A stretch of 63,325 bases of DNA, counting the filler, from Thraustochytrium aureum (Eukaryota): assembly GCA_012862495.1 (NCBI GenBank). It is 8 parts of 5 records of this genome, joined end to end, with 100 filler letters (N's around TTAATTAATTAA, not from the genome) between each part and the next. Parts side by side here need not be neighbours in the genome. Positions count along the whole stretch, not along the records: positions 1 to 15,743 come from BLSG01000360.1; positions 15,844 to 21,972 come from BLSG01000360.1; positions 22,073 to 29,937 come from BLSG01000361.1; 5 more parts are not named here. One strand, written 5' to 3'. The translations under genes were made by a program, and so were the position numbers. Below the pieces are notes generated by a model. The model saw only the letters and a program-made list of their open reading frames with translations. It was not told the origin of the DNA and made no database searches. Positions 13,140 through 24,828 of this stretch are shown here, piece after piece (position 1 is the first letter of the stretch; every line of letters starts with the position of its first letter).

Positions 13140-14097
13140 GTGGATGCGATGGTCCTTTCGAGCAACACCCAGCGCGTTGTCTCCAGCAGCTTTGACAATA
13201 GTGTGCGCGTCTGGGACACCGCGTCCGGCCGGTCGCTTTTGCACCTCCAGCACACGGACAACGTGACCGCCATGGTCCTTTCACTCGACGGAAAGCGTAT
13301 CGTCTCCAGCAGCTGGGATAAGACGATTCGGGTCTGGGACGCTAGCACGGGCCACGCACAACTCTGCCTTGCGCGCCACACCGACAAGGTGACTTCCGTG
13401 GCCCTCTCAGCAAGCGGCGAGCAGATCGTGTCCGGAAGCAACGACAGAACTGCGCGTTTGGGACGCCAGCTCTGGCGACCAGACAGCATGCCTTGAAGGA
13501 CACTCAAGTAGAGTGGCCGCAGTCGCCATTTCGGGCGACGGCAAGCACATCGTCTCTGGAAGCCGCGACGAAACGGTGCGCGTCTGGGACGCCACGTCTG
13601 GCAAGGCGCTACAAGCCCTGCAGCACAGCCATTGGGTCACCGCTGTGATTCTCGCAGACGGGCTGCGCCTCGTGTCGGCCAGCAAAGACAACAAGGTCCG
13701 TGTATGGGATGCCAACTACGGTCGCGAGATGTGCTGCATCGAGGGGCCGAGCGGGGCCGTTGCTGCTGTGGCGCTCTCCCAATACGGGCAGAACATCTTC
13801 TCGCGAGGCGCTTCCAAAACCGTGCTAGAGTGGCTAATGGCGACTGCCGGTCGGAGGGAGGATGCTGATGCTGTGGCCTCGGCCGTTTTGGCTCAGCGCC
13901 AACTCGGCCAGCCGGTCCTGGGGAACGGCGACACCACGATCTCGATTGTCGACGATCGGGCGGGGGGCTTTACAGCGGGCTTTACCTGCGACACCAGCAT
14001 TGCGCGAGCCGTCGTCACCCCAGACGGGACTCGCGTGTTTTTGTTTGATGGCCTTTTCCAACTCTGCATGCTCGAGCTCGTCCGGTGCGAGGCCTAG
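13140..14097 (+). pseudogene. WD40-repeat protein (frameshift at ~13455, 5' end unclear); possible remnant of an NLR-like NACHT-WD40 gene
   Basis: About six repeats of the type H-x-x-x-V-x-x-V...IVSGSxDxTVRVWD across ORFs 13140..13496 and 13513..14097. No clean upstream frame. Confidence 0.65.
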
Positions 14098-14650
14098 CGT
14101 GCGATTTCCCTGGAACGTGCAAGGTTGGGCTGCGCGCTTCAGCACGCCTCTAGAGTATTTTGCAACTCAAGGGAACCGCCGCTTGAAAGGTCGCAACTCG
14201 AAGAAAGCAACTCGATGCAAAGGAACTTGGCGTTTTATTACAAGAAAGCTTTTCTTCAGTTCCACTTNNNNNNNNNNNNNNNNNNNNNNNNNNNNNNNNN
14301 NNNNNNNNNNNNNNNNNNNNNNNNNNNNNNNNNNNNNNNNNNNNNNNNNNNNNNNNNNNNNNNNNNNNNNNNNNNNNNNNNNNNNNNNNNNNNNNNNNNN
14401 NNNNNNNNNNNNNNNNNNNNNNNNNNNNNNNNNNNNNNNNNNNNNNNNNNNNNNNNNNNNNNNNNNNNNNNNNNNNNNNNNNNNNNNNNNNNNNNNNNNN
14501 NNNNNNNNNNNNNNNNNNNNNNNNNNNNNNNNNNNNNNNNNNNNNNNNNNNNNNNNNNNNNNNNNNNNNNNNNNNNNNNNNNNNNNNNNNNNNNNNNNNN
14601 NNNNNNNNNNNNNNNNNNNNNNNNNNNNNNNNNNNNNNNNNNNNNNNNNT

Positions 14651-15742
14651 TGCTGTTGGACTTGTCTTGCAAAGGCTCTGGCTTGATCTTTGGCTGGTTG
14701 GTTTGTGCTGTGCTGTTTGGGGTCTGCCCGCTCCGCTTTCGATTGGCGCGCCCTAAGGCTGCTGCCACACGTCCAACTCGCCATCGTTTCGTCAGCTCGC
14801 GACCCGACGCACTAGGAGCTCGGGCCACAGACCCTGCAGCCGATGCCACAATCAAGGAGTATCCAATCGACGTCTCCACAATCAAGTGCGCGACGGGACA
14901 CTCGGCCATACCGGCGCGGGTAGCTCGTGGCCACTTCAACTGAACGTGCAACAGCGCGCAAGCTCAACCAGAGCACGAGACCCTCGAATCGCCTGGGGTT
15001 CATCGGCCCGTTCCGTCAGCACAACCGCATCGAGTCCGCAACGGCCACGAGCAGCATTGATGTCAAGTCGGCAAATCGATCAGCGCAATTCTAATGTAAG
15101 CACGGCACATTGTTCCTAATTACTGTTGCAACTTGCACGCCAGTCTTAAGCATCGGCCTTCTGGGCCACAGCGCTCCAGAGCAACTCGACGCTGGCTGCA
15201 GAGTCGCCGCAGGGCGGCGGAGAGCGCCACGCCGCATCGCTCGCAGCGGCCTGGGCCGAGCAAACCGCCGCGACCGCCTGGCGAAGGCGATGCCTCGAAA
15301 CCATCCACAGCCATACCGAACATACTGCGCTGAAAAAAGTCAGCGACAGCGCTGTGGGCCAGGCCAGGAGCTCTGTGCATCTAAAAAGAAAGGCGACTCG
15401 GACGCACTGCTGTGGGAGGTGCGCGGGGTTGAAACGACTCGGTGGGCTCGTGCGCTGGCACACGCTCCGACTTGTCATGTGCCAGCGCGCTATTTGTGAC
15501 TTTGTGGTTCAGCGCCATGACCGTGTCAGCGGCCACACGCACAATGGACGACTGGGCGCGCCGTAGAACACCCATGCTCCTGGTGCGTCGGATTCCTCGC
15601 TGACGAAACGATGGCGAGCTGGACGTGTGGCAGCAGGGCGTGTCAATCGAAAGCGGAGCGGGCAGACCCCAAACAACACAGCGCAAACCAACCAACCAGC
15701 CAAAGATCAAGCCAGAGCCTTTGCAGAACAAGTCCAACAGCA
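14651..15742. mobile_element. Non-coding element with long inverted repeats (non-autonomous TIR element / foldback-like)
   Basis: Arm 14651-14819 is a near-perfect reverse complement of arm 15576-15742 (~170 bp, a few mismatches and indels). Both outer ends run into N gaps. The ~750-bp interior has no convincing ORF. Confidence 0.7.
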
Positions 15743-15743
15743 G

Positions 15744-15843
15744 NNNNNNNNNNNNNNNNNNNNNNNNNNNNNNNNNNNNNNNNNNNNTTAATTAATTAAN
15801 NNNNNNNNNNNNNNNNNNNNNNNNNNNNNNNNNNNNNNNNNNN
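15744..15843. other. Artificial scaffold spacer N44-TTAATTAATTAA-N44 (12-mers at 15788, 22017, 29982, 33428, 43634, 47831, 62067)
   Basis: The identical 12-mer, with stops in all six frames, is embedded in fixed-length N runs seven times. Confidence 0.97.
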
Positions 15844-15844
15844 C

Positions 15845-16021
15845 AAGGGCCGCGCCAAGAGTGTGCGTCTGGAGGTGGCCGAGGACGAGATCTTTGACTG
15901 GGAGGTGCACGAGCACATTGACGAGAAGACGGGGCAGGTGCTAAAGTACTACTACAACCCGCGGACCGACCAGAGCTCCTGGGAGAAGCCCACGATCCGC
16001 GTGCGCCGCCGCGAGTCCTAA
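15845..16021 (+). CDS. C-terminal fragment of a WW-domain protein (not in the ORF track)
   Basis: Reads KGRAKSVRLEVAEDEIFDWEVHEHIDEKTGQVLKYYYNPRTDQSSWEKPTIRVRRRES*, which contains the W...YYYN...SSWEKP WW signature. Confidence 0.8.
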   Translation, partial: KGRAKSVRLEVAEDEIFDWEVHEHIDEKTGQVLKYYYNPRTDQSSWEKPTIRVRRRES

Positions 16022-16681
16022 GTAAACAAGAAATCATCGCTTTGTTCTGTCTGTCTGATTGAAAGCAGTGCCGCAGAAACGCCTCGTCTGCGAATGCCAG
16101 TCTTGCGCGACGACGTCGAAAGAAAACGCGCGAGCGAGGCGGCTGCGCTTTTGTTCCTCGACCAAAGCAAGAAGAACAGAACACAACGAACATAAAAGAA
16201 CACAAAGAACAACCAGAGTAGTTTCGACCGGCGAGCACAACGAACTTCTCTGCAGACGACAAGCGACCGACGTGACTTCCCGTCGCCTTCAATCACGGGA
16301 ACTCCTGCCGGGCCGCTTCCGGGGCGGTCCCGGCGGCTCTTGTGCTGGCTGGCTTGATCAAGAGAGGACTCTACTCTACTCTAAGTACACTCTACTACTC
16401 TACTTACATCATCCTCTGGTCACGGGTGCGAATGTCTTCGGGGCGCCTCCTCCGCAGGCCCTGCTGGTCGGGATGCAGTTCAGGACGCACCGACGCTGGA
16501 CCGCACAGTGGTTGTGGTTTTGGTTGTGGTTTTGGTTGTGGTTTTGTGTGCAGTTTGGCCTTCTTGGCGCGCGCACAGTGAATCGCGACGTTCTGGATGC
16601 GTGACGCGCGGCACTGCAATGGCCTGGATCGTCGTTGTCGTCGTTCGTTTGGCAGTCCTGCAACGAAGGAACGGTGGCGCG

Positions 16682-19600
16682 ATGATGGAGCGTGTGGTGA
16701 AATGGTGCAGGGGTAGAGGGGATGCCGATTGGGCCGTTCGTTGGGTCAACGCGGCCGTGTTGGTCGCGTTTGTGGCGATGACGCTGTGGATGCTTTTGCA
16801 GGACGGCGGCGAGTGCCTGACCGATGCGAGCGCGTGCGATTTCGACTCGGACAACGACGGGGTTGAGGACTCCAACCTCCAGACGCGCATCTGGGGCCAC
16901 GGGCTGTTTCGCCTGGATACTGGCCCCACGGTGCTCGCCGACGCGCGAGGGCCTGGCGACGGACCGCAGCTCGCGCCGGGCAACCCGGGCGTAGACACCC
17001 CGTACGACCCAGGACCTTGCCTTGTGCCCGGTCGAGTTTGTTTTGATGGTCGACGTCTCGACGATGCCGACCATGAACGCTGAGAGGACCAGGCGGTACA
17101 GGGATGTGGTGCTCGCGACGGGGTCGATGATCGGGCTGGACGGACTGCGGGCCGGCCCGGAGCTCGACTCGGTCGCCAAGGTGATTGCGTTTGCGGGCGA
17201 CAACTTTCCGCTCGAGAGCAGCGTCCAGCTGGGCTCCGAGCAGGTCTTCAACGACACCGTGATCAGCCTTTTCGACAGGACCATGCTGAGCGGTAGCTTC
17301 AACTCGACCGGGTCCAACGTGCACAAGGCCATGATCGCGACGCTCGAGCACGTCAAGGCGGCCGCGGCGGGGCGCCAAACGGTGCCCATCATCTTCACCC
17401 TCGACAGCATCGGGGACGTTTCCAGCTGCGGCGAGTACGGCCTCGACGTGGACAGCCTGGGAGGGATAGACGTGGGCACCAAGCTGTGCGCCACGCTAGC
17501 GCTGAGCAACATGCTCGGACTCCGCGACCAGAGCGTCCCGTCAGAGTGGATCGACGAAAGCGACATTTGCCCGAACAACGGTCCGTGCGACTCGCCAGCG
17601 TACTGCGAGGTAGAGATCGACCCCGAGTTTGAGTCCATCCTGTACCTCCCGATCTCGCAAGGGCTGGCCTCGGAGTTTGCGGACTACAAGTACTACTTTG
17701 ACCCCGAGTTGGCGCAAGAAAACTGCTCCTTTTACCAGGCCCTCTACGACAAGACCGCCCGTCCGTGGCTTTCGCGGCCGTCGAACGCTTTTTCCAGCCT
17801 CAGGTTTCTGGACCTCGCCGATCTCGCCATCGCAGAGCAGACCATCTTTGATTTCCTGAAAGAATCCGTCTTTCAGGAGTCGGGCGATTTCAAGGGCTGC
17901 ACGCGCCTGCCGACGCTCTCCCCGACAAAAGGGCCGACCGCCTCGCCAACACAGTCGCCCACGAGGACGCCTACCAAAGCGCCCTCGCGCGCTCCCTCGC
18001 GAACGCTCACCAAGGCGCCGAGCAAGTCCCCGAGTACGGGAGCGCCCTCCACGTCGCCCACAAAGTCGCCCTCGAGGGCGCCGACAGAGTCGCCCACCCT
18101 GGCGCCCACCCTGGCGCCGACGACGGGCACACCGACGCTGTCGCCGACGACGGCCATGCCGACCACATCGCCAACGCCAAAGCCGACAGGGTCGCCCACG
18201 AGCTCGCCGACGTTGTGCCCGGGCCTCCCCGGCGGGGACACGATTCCCTACATGGGGTGTGCTGTTTGGATTGTTCTTGCTGGCGGGGTCTGTCTGGTGC
18301 TGGGTAGCGCACTGGTACTTGTCACGCGCGAGACGGTAGATTCCACGCCGCCCAAGCTCGACCCCGCAGCGTGTTTCGCCCTAGCCGTGCTGGGCGTTGG
18401 GGTCATCTTGTTCGCACAGCTCGTGCTAAACGAACACTCCGTGACAAAGCGGATCAACGTCTGTGAGGGCCGCTCCGAGAGGCGCCTCCTCGAGGAAAGC
18501 GGCTTGCTCATCTGCTCCCACCAGAACAACCCGTGGGTCGCCTTTACGCTCGTGCTTTTCGCCGCCGTCGTCATGCACTCGACGCAGGTGATACTTCGAG
18601 CCCAGCAGAAGACTATTGTCGCACTCGCGTTCATCTTTTGCGTTTCAACCTGCGCTGCGCTCGGCTCTGTCTTTGCCAAGCACTATCCGAGCGACCCCTC
18701 CAGGGGCTGTCTCAGCGGCCGGGCCAACGCGGGGTTTGGCGGCGTGGGGCTCTTTGGCCTTCTTCTCATGGGCGGCATTGTCCTTCGCGAACCAATGTCC
18801 ACCTTGATGACGCTGCTCAATGTTTTTCCAAGAGTCAACCACAAGGATGGGGTGGTCAAGCGAAATGCGGTGGATTTGCTGGGCCCCTTGCTCTCCGCCC
18901 GCATCGCCCCGAACGAAAATGAGTTCTTGCCCTTTCCGCCGCAGCTCGAAGACATCTTCGACGACCACAACCGTGACCACAGGCGCGAGCTCGTCAAAGA
19001 ACCGCTGGACGAGGTGCCGTGGCTCCCCTGGGCCTGGTACGTCGTCAGACTCGTCTGCGAACTGGTGATCGACCTCTTTGCGCTTTCCTTCGTGTGCCTC
19101 CTCTATCTCATTGCTGCGCCCGCTTTGGCGATCGGCCTGCTCGTTCTTGCTGGCTTGTACGTTTCACAACATGTTAAGGTCAAGCTGTTCAAGCCCTTCA
19201 CCGTGATCCAACTGGCCACGTTCGCCGTCGTGGCCAGCGCTGTGGCAGTCTACCTTCGCTTCGTGCAGCCGGACACGAAAGCCACGATTGGAGCCTGCGT
19301 CGCAACGGGGGTAGCGCTTTTCGTCCTCGTGGCAAGCGTCATTGGGAAGGACTTGCTGGCCAAGGTGCCGGCGACGCAAAGCAGCAAAGAGCTCATCAGG
19401 CTATGTATCGGGCTGTTGATTGGCTTCGCCTTGGCAGCCTTGCCTTCGGCGGCCTGGCTCTCGGAATTGGCTAATGCTCCAGAGCGCCCCTATTTCCTCC
19501 TCGCGTTCCTGCAGGCCGTCCTGCAGCTCGCGCTTCTCCCCGAGGTCGCCAACTACCTCAACAACTTTTTCAACCAGCCCGCGTTGGTCGAGGAGCTCGT

Positions 19601-20534
19601 GCCGCACGTTGTGGACACTGTTACGTTCTGGACAAGTGCTACCAAATGCACCTCGAAAAGGAGGGATCAACGCAAAGTCCAAGATGACAACAGCACGGAC
19701 TGGTGGACGCGCTGGAAAGCTCGATTCAAGACCATGGTGGACGAGATTCGCTTCAATCGCTTTGAGCGGATCGGGGGCGGGGCGCTCGGCGTCGCGCTCC
19801 GTGTGCTCAGCCTCGTCCTCATGGTCGTCAGCATGCAGTCGGCCTTTGAAGAGGCGCCTGATGAAAGAGCGAAAAAGCTGCTCGTGCTGGGGGTCGTCCT
19901 CGGCACCATAGCCTCGGTCAGCACCATTTACTCGCGCTATGCCTTCGCCAAGGGCGAGCGGGACGCCATCATCCATGACGTTTTCACCGTCGACTTGGAC
20001 AAGGCACTGCCCTGCAAATGCAGAGCTTTGAAAGGCGCCAACGAGAAGGACGTGCAAACCGAGCCGGACGCGAAAACCGAGCAGGGCGCGCAAATGGGCA
20101 AGGCGAAACGGGTGCAGGTCTACCCTTTGTTCCGCTTCATTCGCAAAAGCGATCTCGACGGCATCAGGTCGGAGGAATACGGTTCCCTCGTTGTCTGCGA
20201 CGTTTGCAAAGTTTCCTACAAATTCTACCGCGCAGACGACCAGGTCGCCGCCAAGGAGCGCTGGAAAACGTCGGACGAGAACAGGTGGTCCAACAGCGCC
20301 TCCGACACGGACAGGGTTGCGGAAGTGCACCCCGATCTCAAGACGCGCGACTTTAAACTGCACAAAGTGCCATTGCTCAAAGAGGAGGACGATTCGAGCA
20401 AGCCCTGCTTTGCGCTCCAATGTCTCCCGCCGGCCAGCGGGCTGCGGCATCGCTTCAGCGCCCGCTCTCAAACCCCGCCTGACAGCGCCGCCGTCCAAGT
20501 CGCCCCGCAGACCAACCAAGCCGACGAGAAGTGA
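16682..20534 (+). CDS. Large membrane protein: N-terminal TM/signal, vWA-like segment, P-T-x-S-P-T mucin-like stalk, multipass TM region (frameshift at ~17020)
   Basis: ORF 16508..17083 (hydrophobic AAVLVAFVAMTLWMLL) shifts into ORF 17022..20534 (EFVLMVDVST...KVIAFA...VPIIFTLDS). PTxSPT repeats at ~17910-18215, then more than ten hydrophobic helices. The start codon is uncertain. Confidence 0.65.
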
Positions 20535-20947
20535 GAAAGGAAAACACCAAAAGTAAAAATTTTGAATCGCCGGCGAGCGGGCGCTGCACGGCGCTCGACT
20601 CCTTTCGGGCGTGGGCGGCTGGCAGCTGGTTGTGCCTTCTCTTAACTTTGTACGTTCGCCAAACGAGGCAACAACGATTCGACCCGAGCTTCGAACAACA
20701 CCCTGACATGAGCATCGCAGCGACTTTCGGAGGTTGACAAAGCTGGGCGATCGAGCACGTAAAAGCCTGCAATACGCACGGCGAGCCAAGATAGAAATGT
20801 TCTGTATTTTCAAGTTGTTGTGGACAAGACGGCTTCAGTACCGGCGCCACCTCGAAGCCATTGAGAACCACAGGGGGCCCAGGCGGCTCCCACAACAAGT
20901 GCCCCGTCCAGCGACCAAACAGAAATAGAAAGTCGCCCAGATCGTTG

Positions 20948-21972
20948 CTAAAGCTCTCTAGAGCTAGCGCGAGTCGAGCGCGTCTTCCTGAGCTTGCTCG
21001 CAAGCATCGAGTGGAGCATCTCGAAGCGACCCGCGCAGTCGTCCACAGAAAGGTCGGCGTACACTTCGTCCATCCTCTTGAACGCAAACGTNNNNNNNNN
21101 NNNNNNNNNNNNNNNNNNNNNNNNNNNNNNNNNNNNNNNNNNNNNNNNNNNNNNNNNNNNNNNNNNNNNNNNNNNNNNNNNNNNNNNNNNNNNNNNNNNN
21201 NNNNNNNNNNNNNNNNNNNNNNNNNNNNNNNNNNNNNNNNNNNNNNNNNNNNNNNNNNNNNNNNNNNNNNNNNNNNNNNNNNNNNNNNNNNNNNNNNNNN
21301 NNNNNNNNNNNNNNNNNNNNNNNNNNNNNNNNNNNNNNNNNNNCGTTCACGTCCTCGATGTAGGAGGCCGTAATAAACACCACCGCGACCCGCGACGCGC
21401 TATGCCCCAGGCCATCGCGGCCTGCACGTCGCCTTCAACGTTGTCCTTGTCGCGCCATACTTTGAGGCCCTTCGAGCGGAGGAACTCGACCGCTTGCGTA
21501 ACGCGCCGCCCATTGTCGCGACCCTGCGCGTCCTTGCCCCACTTGTACGAGACAAAGACGTCAAACTCGGGCTCGAGGTCGTTGCTCAGCGGCTTGTCGT
21601 CGTCCCTGGCAGCGAAAGCGGAGAACTGGGCCACGTCGACGCTATGTTGCGTGGCGCTAAAAACGCGCTTGTGGCCATCGCGTAGCGCCTTCTCTAGAAG
21701 AGTATACGAGACCGTCTGGCGAGGGCTGAAGGTTTGGTAGTCATAGACATCGCTTGTGCAGAGGAACAGCTCCACGCGCAGCTTGCCGCGCATGAAGCCG
21801 TTGTTGATCACCCTCACCATCGCAACGAGCAGCCGCACGACCTCCTTCTCTGCCGTATTCCTTTCCATGGTCACGTAGATACGTCTCTGCGCCTCAGACA
21901 GGCTCAAGCCAACGTCGCTGCGCCCGTCAAAGAGAAACTGGGCCTGGTCCTTGAAAATGCAACTGCTTCCAG
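20948..21972 (-). CDS. TIR-domain protein, C-terminal part (5' truncated, N gap, frameshift at ~21390); upstream region may be a COR domain
   Basis: FDVFVSYKWGKDAQGRDNGRRVTQAVEFLRSKGLKVWRDKDNVEGDVQAAMAWGI...VVFITASYIEDVN is a TIR_2-type pattern. After the gap it reads ...MDEVYADLSVDDCAGRFEMLHSML...REL* with the stop at 20948-20950. Confidence 0.75.
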
Positions 21973-22072
21973 NNNNNNNNNNNNNNNNNNNNNNNNNNNN
22001 NNNNNNNNNNNNNNNNTTAATTAATTAANNNNNNNNNNNNNNNNNNNNNNNNNNNNNNNNNNNNNNNNNNNN

Positions 22073-23027
22073 TACTGGGCCTCGCCTGTTGCGATGTGGT
22101 TCTCCCCGAGCACCTGTTCGCGAGTGGTAGGATATTGCCGAGCATCTGCAGCGCCTCCTCTGTCTGCGCCTCGCTTAGGGAATGCGTGTTGTCGCTGGAG
22201 AGGCGCATGGTGCTCAGGTATTTGTACCAGATGTCCACGACCTTGTCGTAAAGCGCAAGTGCAGCCTCGACGCGGTGCTGAGCGTCGAAAACTGCGGCGA
22301 GGTGAAAGTAGCCAGTTGAGGTGTCGACGTGCTCGGGACCGGCTTCGAGGCTCATCCAGTAAATATCTTTTGCAAGATGCTGCGCAGCCTCTTGGTACTT
22401 GCCCTGGGCGGCGCACAGCTTGCCAAAGGTTCGGTGGAGCTGGCTGCGGATCGCGTGGCTGCAGTCGGGGCTCTTGAGCACACTCCAATTCGCAAGGCCG
22501 AGGTACTCTTGCGTTGGGCCGAAGCTGCGCTGGCCCAGGTTGCACTGCGCAAGCAGAAGATATGCAGGCACCAGCTCGACGGCATCCTCCCCAAAGACCT
22601 CCTTGGAGAAGGCAAGGCTTTGAACGGCCCCAGGGACGCCGAGGCTGTACTGGCCTTGGATGAGGAACTTTGTGGCTACATTGCGAGTGAGGTCGATCAG
22701 GGCGCGCTTGCTCATCAACAACGAGTATTCGCGCTTTTGGCGCTCCTCCTCCGACCCAATGATCGAGGGCTTGGCGCGTAGCTGTGTCAGCAGCGGCAGC
22801 AGCTTGTGCATAATGCCTTCCCACGAGAGCACGGCGTCCTGTTTGCTGGCGTAGTAAAGCGGCATGTACGGCGTGTTCATCTTGACGCTCGCAGGCGCCC
22901 CGGTGAGCTCGCACGTAAATCGAACGCCCTTTGGCGCTGAAAGGTAGTTTAGCGTCTCGAGACTGTATCCCTCGACTTGACGCTGCTCTGCCCACGTCGC
23001 GAACAGCCCGCACCCATCTTGCTCCAT
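22073..23027 (-). CDS. ZMYND12: ZMYND12 homologue (TPR-like, flagella-associated); 3' truncated, frameshift at ~22130
   Basis: LSAPKGVRFTCEL...SWEGIMHKL...IIGSEEER...PGAVQSL...ELVPAYLLLAQCNLG...AKDIY...GPEHVDTSTGYFHLAAVF matches recalled ZMYND12 motifs. Confidence 0.75.
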
Positions 23028-23624
23028 CGGTACTTGCCCACGCTCCGCGTCTCGTGCCCAAGCCCCAGCAGGCGCGTCAACGCGGTCAGTAGCACAACCA
23101 GCAGAAGCAGCAGCGCAACCAGCACCAGCACCGGCGCCAGCAGCACGAGTCCGATCAGCTCTGCCACGGCCCTGACACGAGACGCAGTCACAAAGTGAGG
23201 AGGCGGCCAACGGCTCTATTCACCAAAAAGGAACGAAAGAACTGTGCTTCAAGGGACAAAGCGAGCAATTCGTGTCGGAGCATCGCTCCACCTCGAGGCG
23301 AGAGAGCAGACCGCAACCTGAACGATCGACCCGCAGCCGGCTTGAANNNNNNNNNNNNNNNNNNNNNNNNNNNNNNNNNNNNNNNNNNNNNNNNNNNNNN
23401 NNNNNNNNNNNNNNNNNNNNNNNNNNNNNNNNNNNNNNNNNNNNNNNNNNNNNNNNNNNNNNNNNNNNNNNNNNNNNNNNNNNNNNNNNNNNNNNNNNNN
23501 NNNNNNNNNNNNNNNNNNNNNNNNNNNNNNNNNNNNNNNNNNNNNNNNNNNNNNNNNNGGTAAGAGCGTGGGCAGGTGCGACAGGGGTTTGCTGGCCGAG
23601 TGCGGTTTCGTGGTTGGAGGGAAG

Positions 23625-24285
<661 letters not shown>

Positions 24286-24828
24286 CCAGGAAACCTACTG
24301 TGCAGGCTCGATCTGCCAGAGCATCTTGTCGCCGAGCGCGGCTCTCATATCTCGACCCCCTCTTGATTCCCCCTTCCCCCCAAAACAAACAGTCTTCAGC
24401 GCCAGCTGCCTTGGCACTCTTCGACTGCGGCTCTGACCCGCAGGAACTCGATGCGACAACGTTGCGGCCCGAGCCCCAGACGGCAAGAGCCCCAGACGGC
24501 AAGAGCCCCAGACGGCAGAGCGAGTACCAACTGTGGAAATAAGGCATCAATCAACCTTAAAACAACTCCTGCCGTCGTGGGCGCGTCTTGTCGTCGTGGA
24601 CGAGCCTTGCCTCGTTCGTGCTCAGCGCGCCGCCTTCATCTTGGTTGGAATCAGCGGCGAACAAACGAGCTCTAAGTTACCGTTACACGGAAGCGACAGG
24701 CCAAGTACGCAGTGCAACGGCGAGCACGCAGTCACGCAGGCCAAGCAGCCAGGCAGCCAGGCAGCCAGGCAGAGAGCCACACGGGAGCGAGCGAGCGAGA
24801 GAGAGAGCTAGGGCTCGGGCGACGCACG

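Noticed and set aside
16510..16545. GGTTGT/GGTTTT hexamer run as an interstitial telomere (also (GGTG)n at ~38926 and (AGC)n at ~27275)
   Set aside because: These are short microsatellites that do not match a consistent telomeric unit. The AGC run encodes poly-Ser.
19401..20813. Long antisense or alternative-frame ORFs (also 16409..17638, 56246..57703, 58740..59873 and ORFs made largely of X)
   Set aside because: They are shadows of GC-rich coding strands or read-through of N gaps, with no independent motifs.
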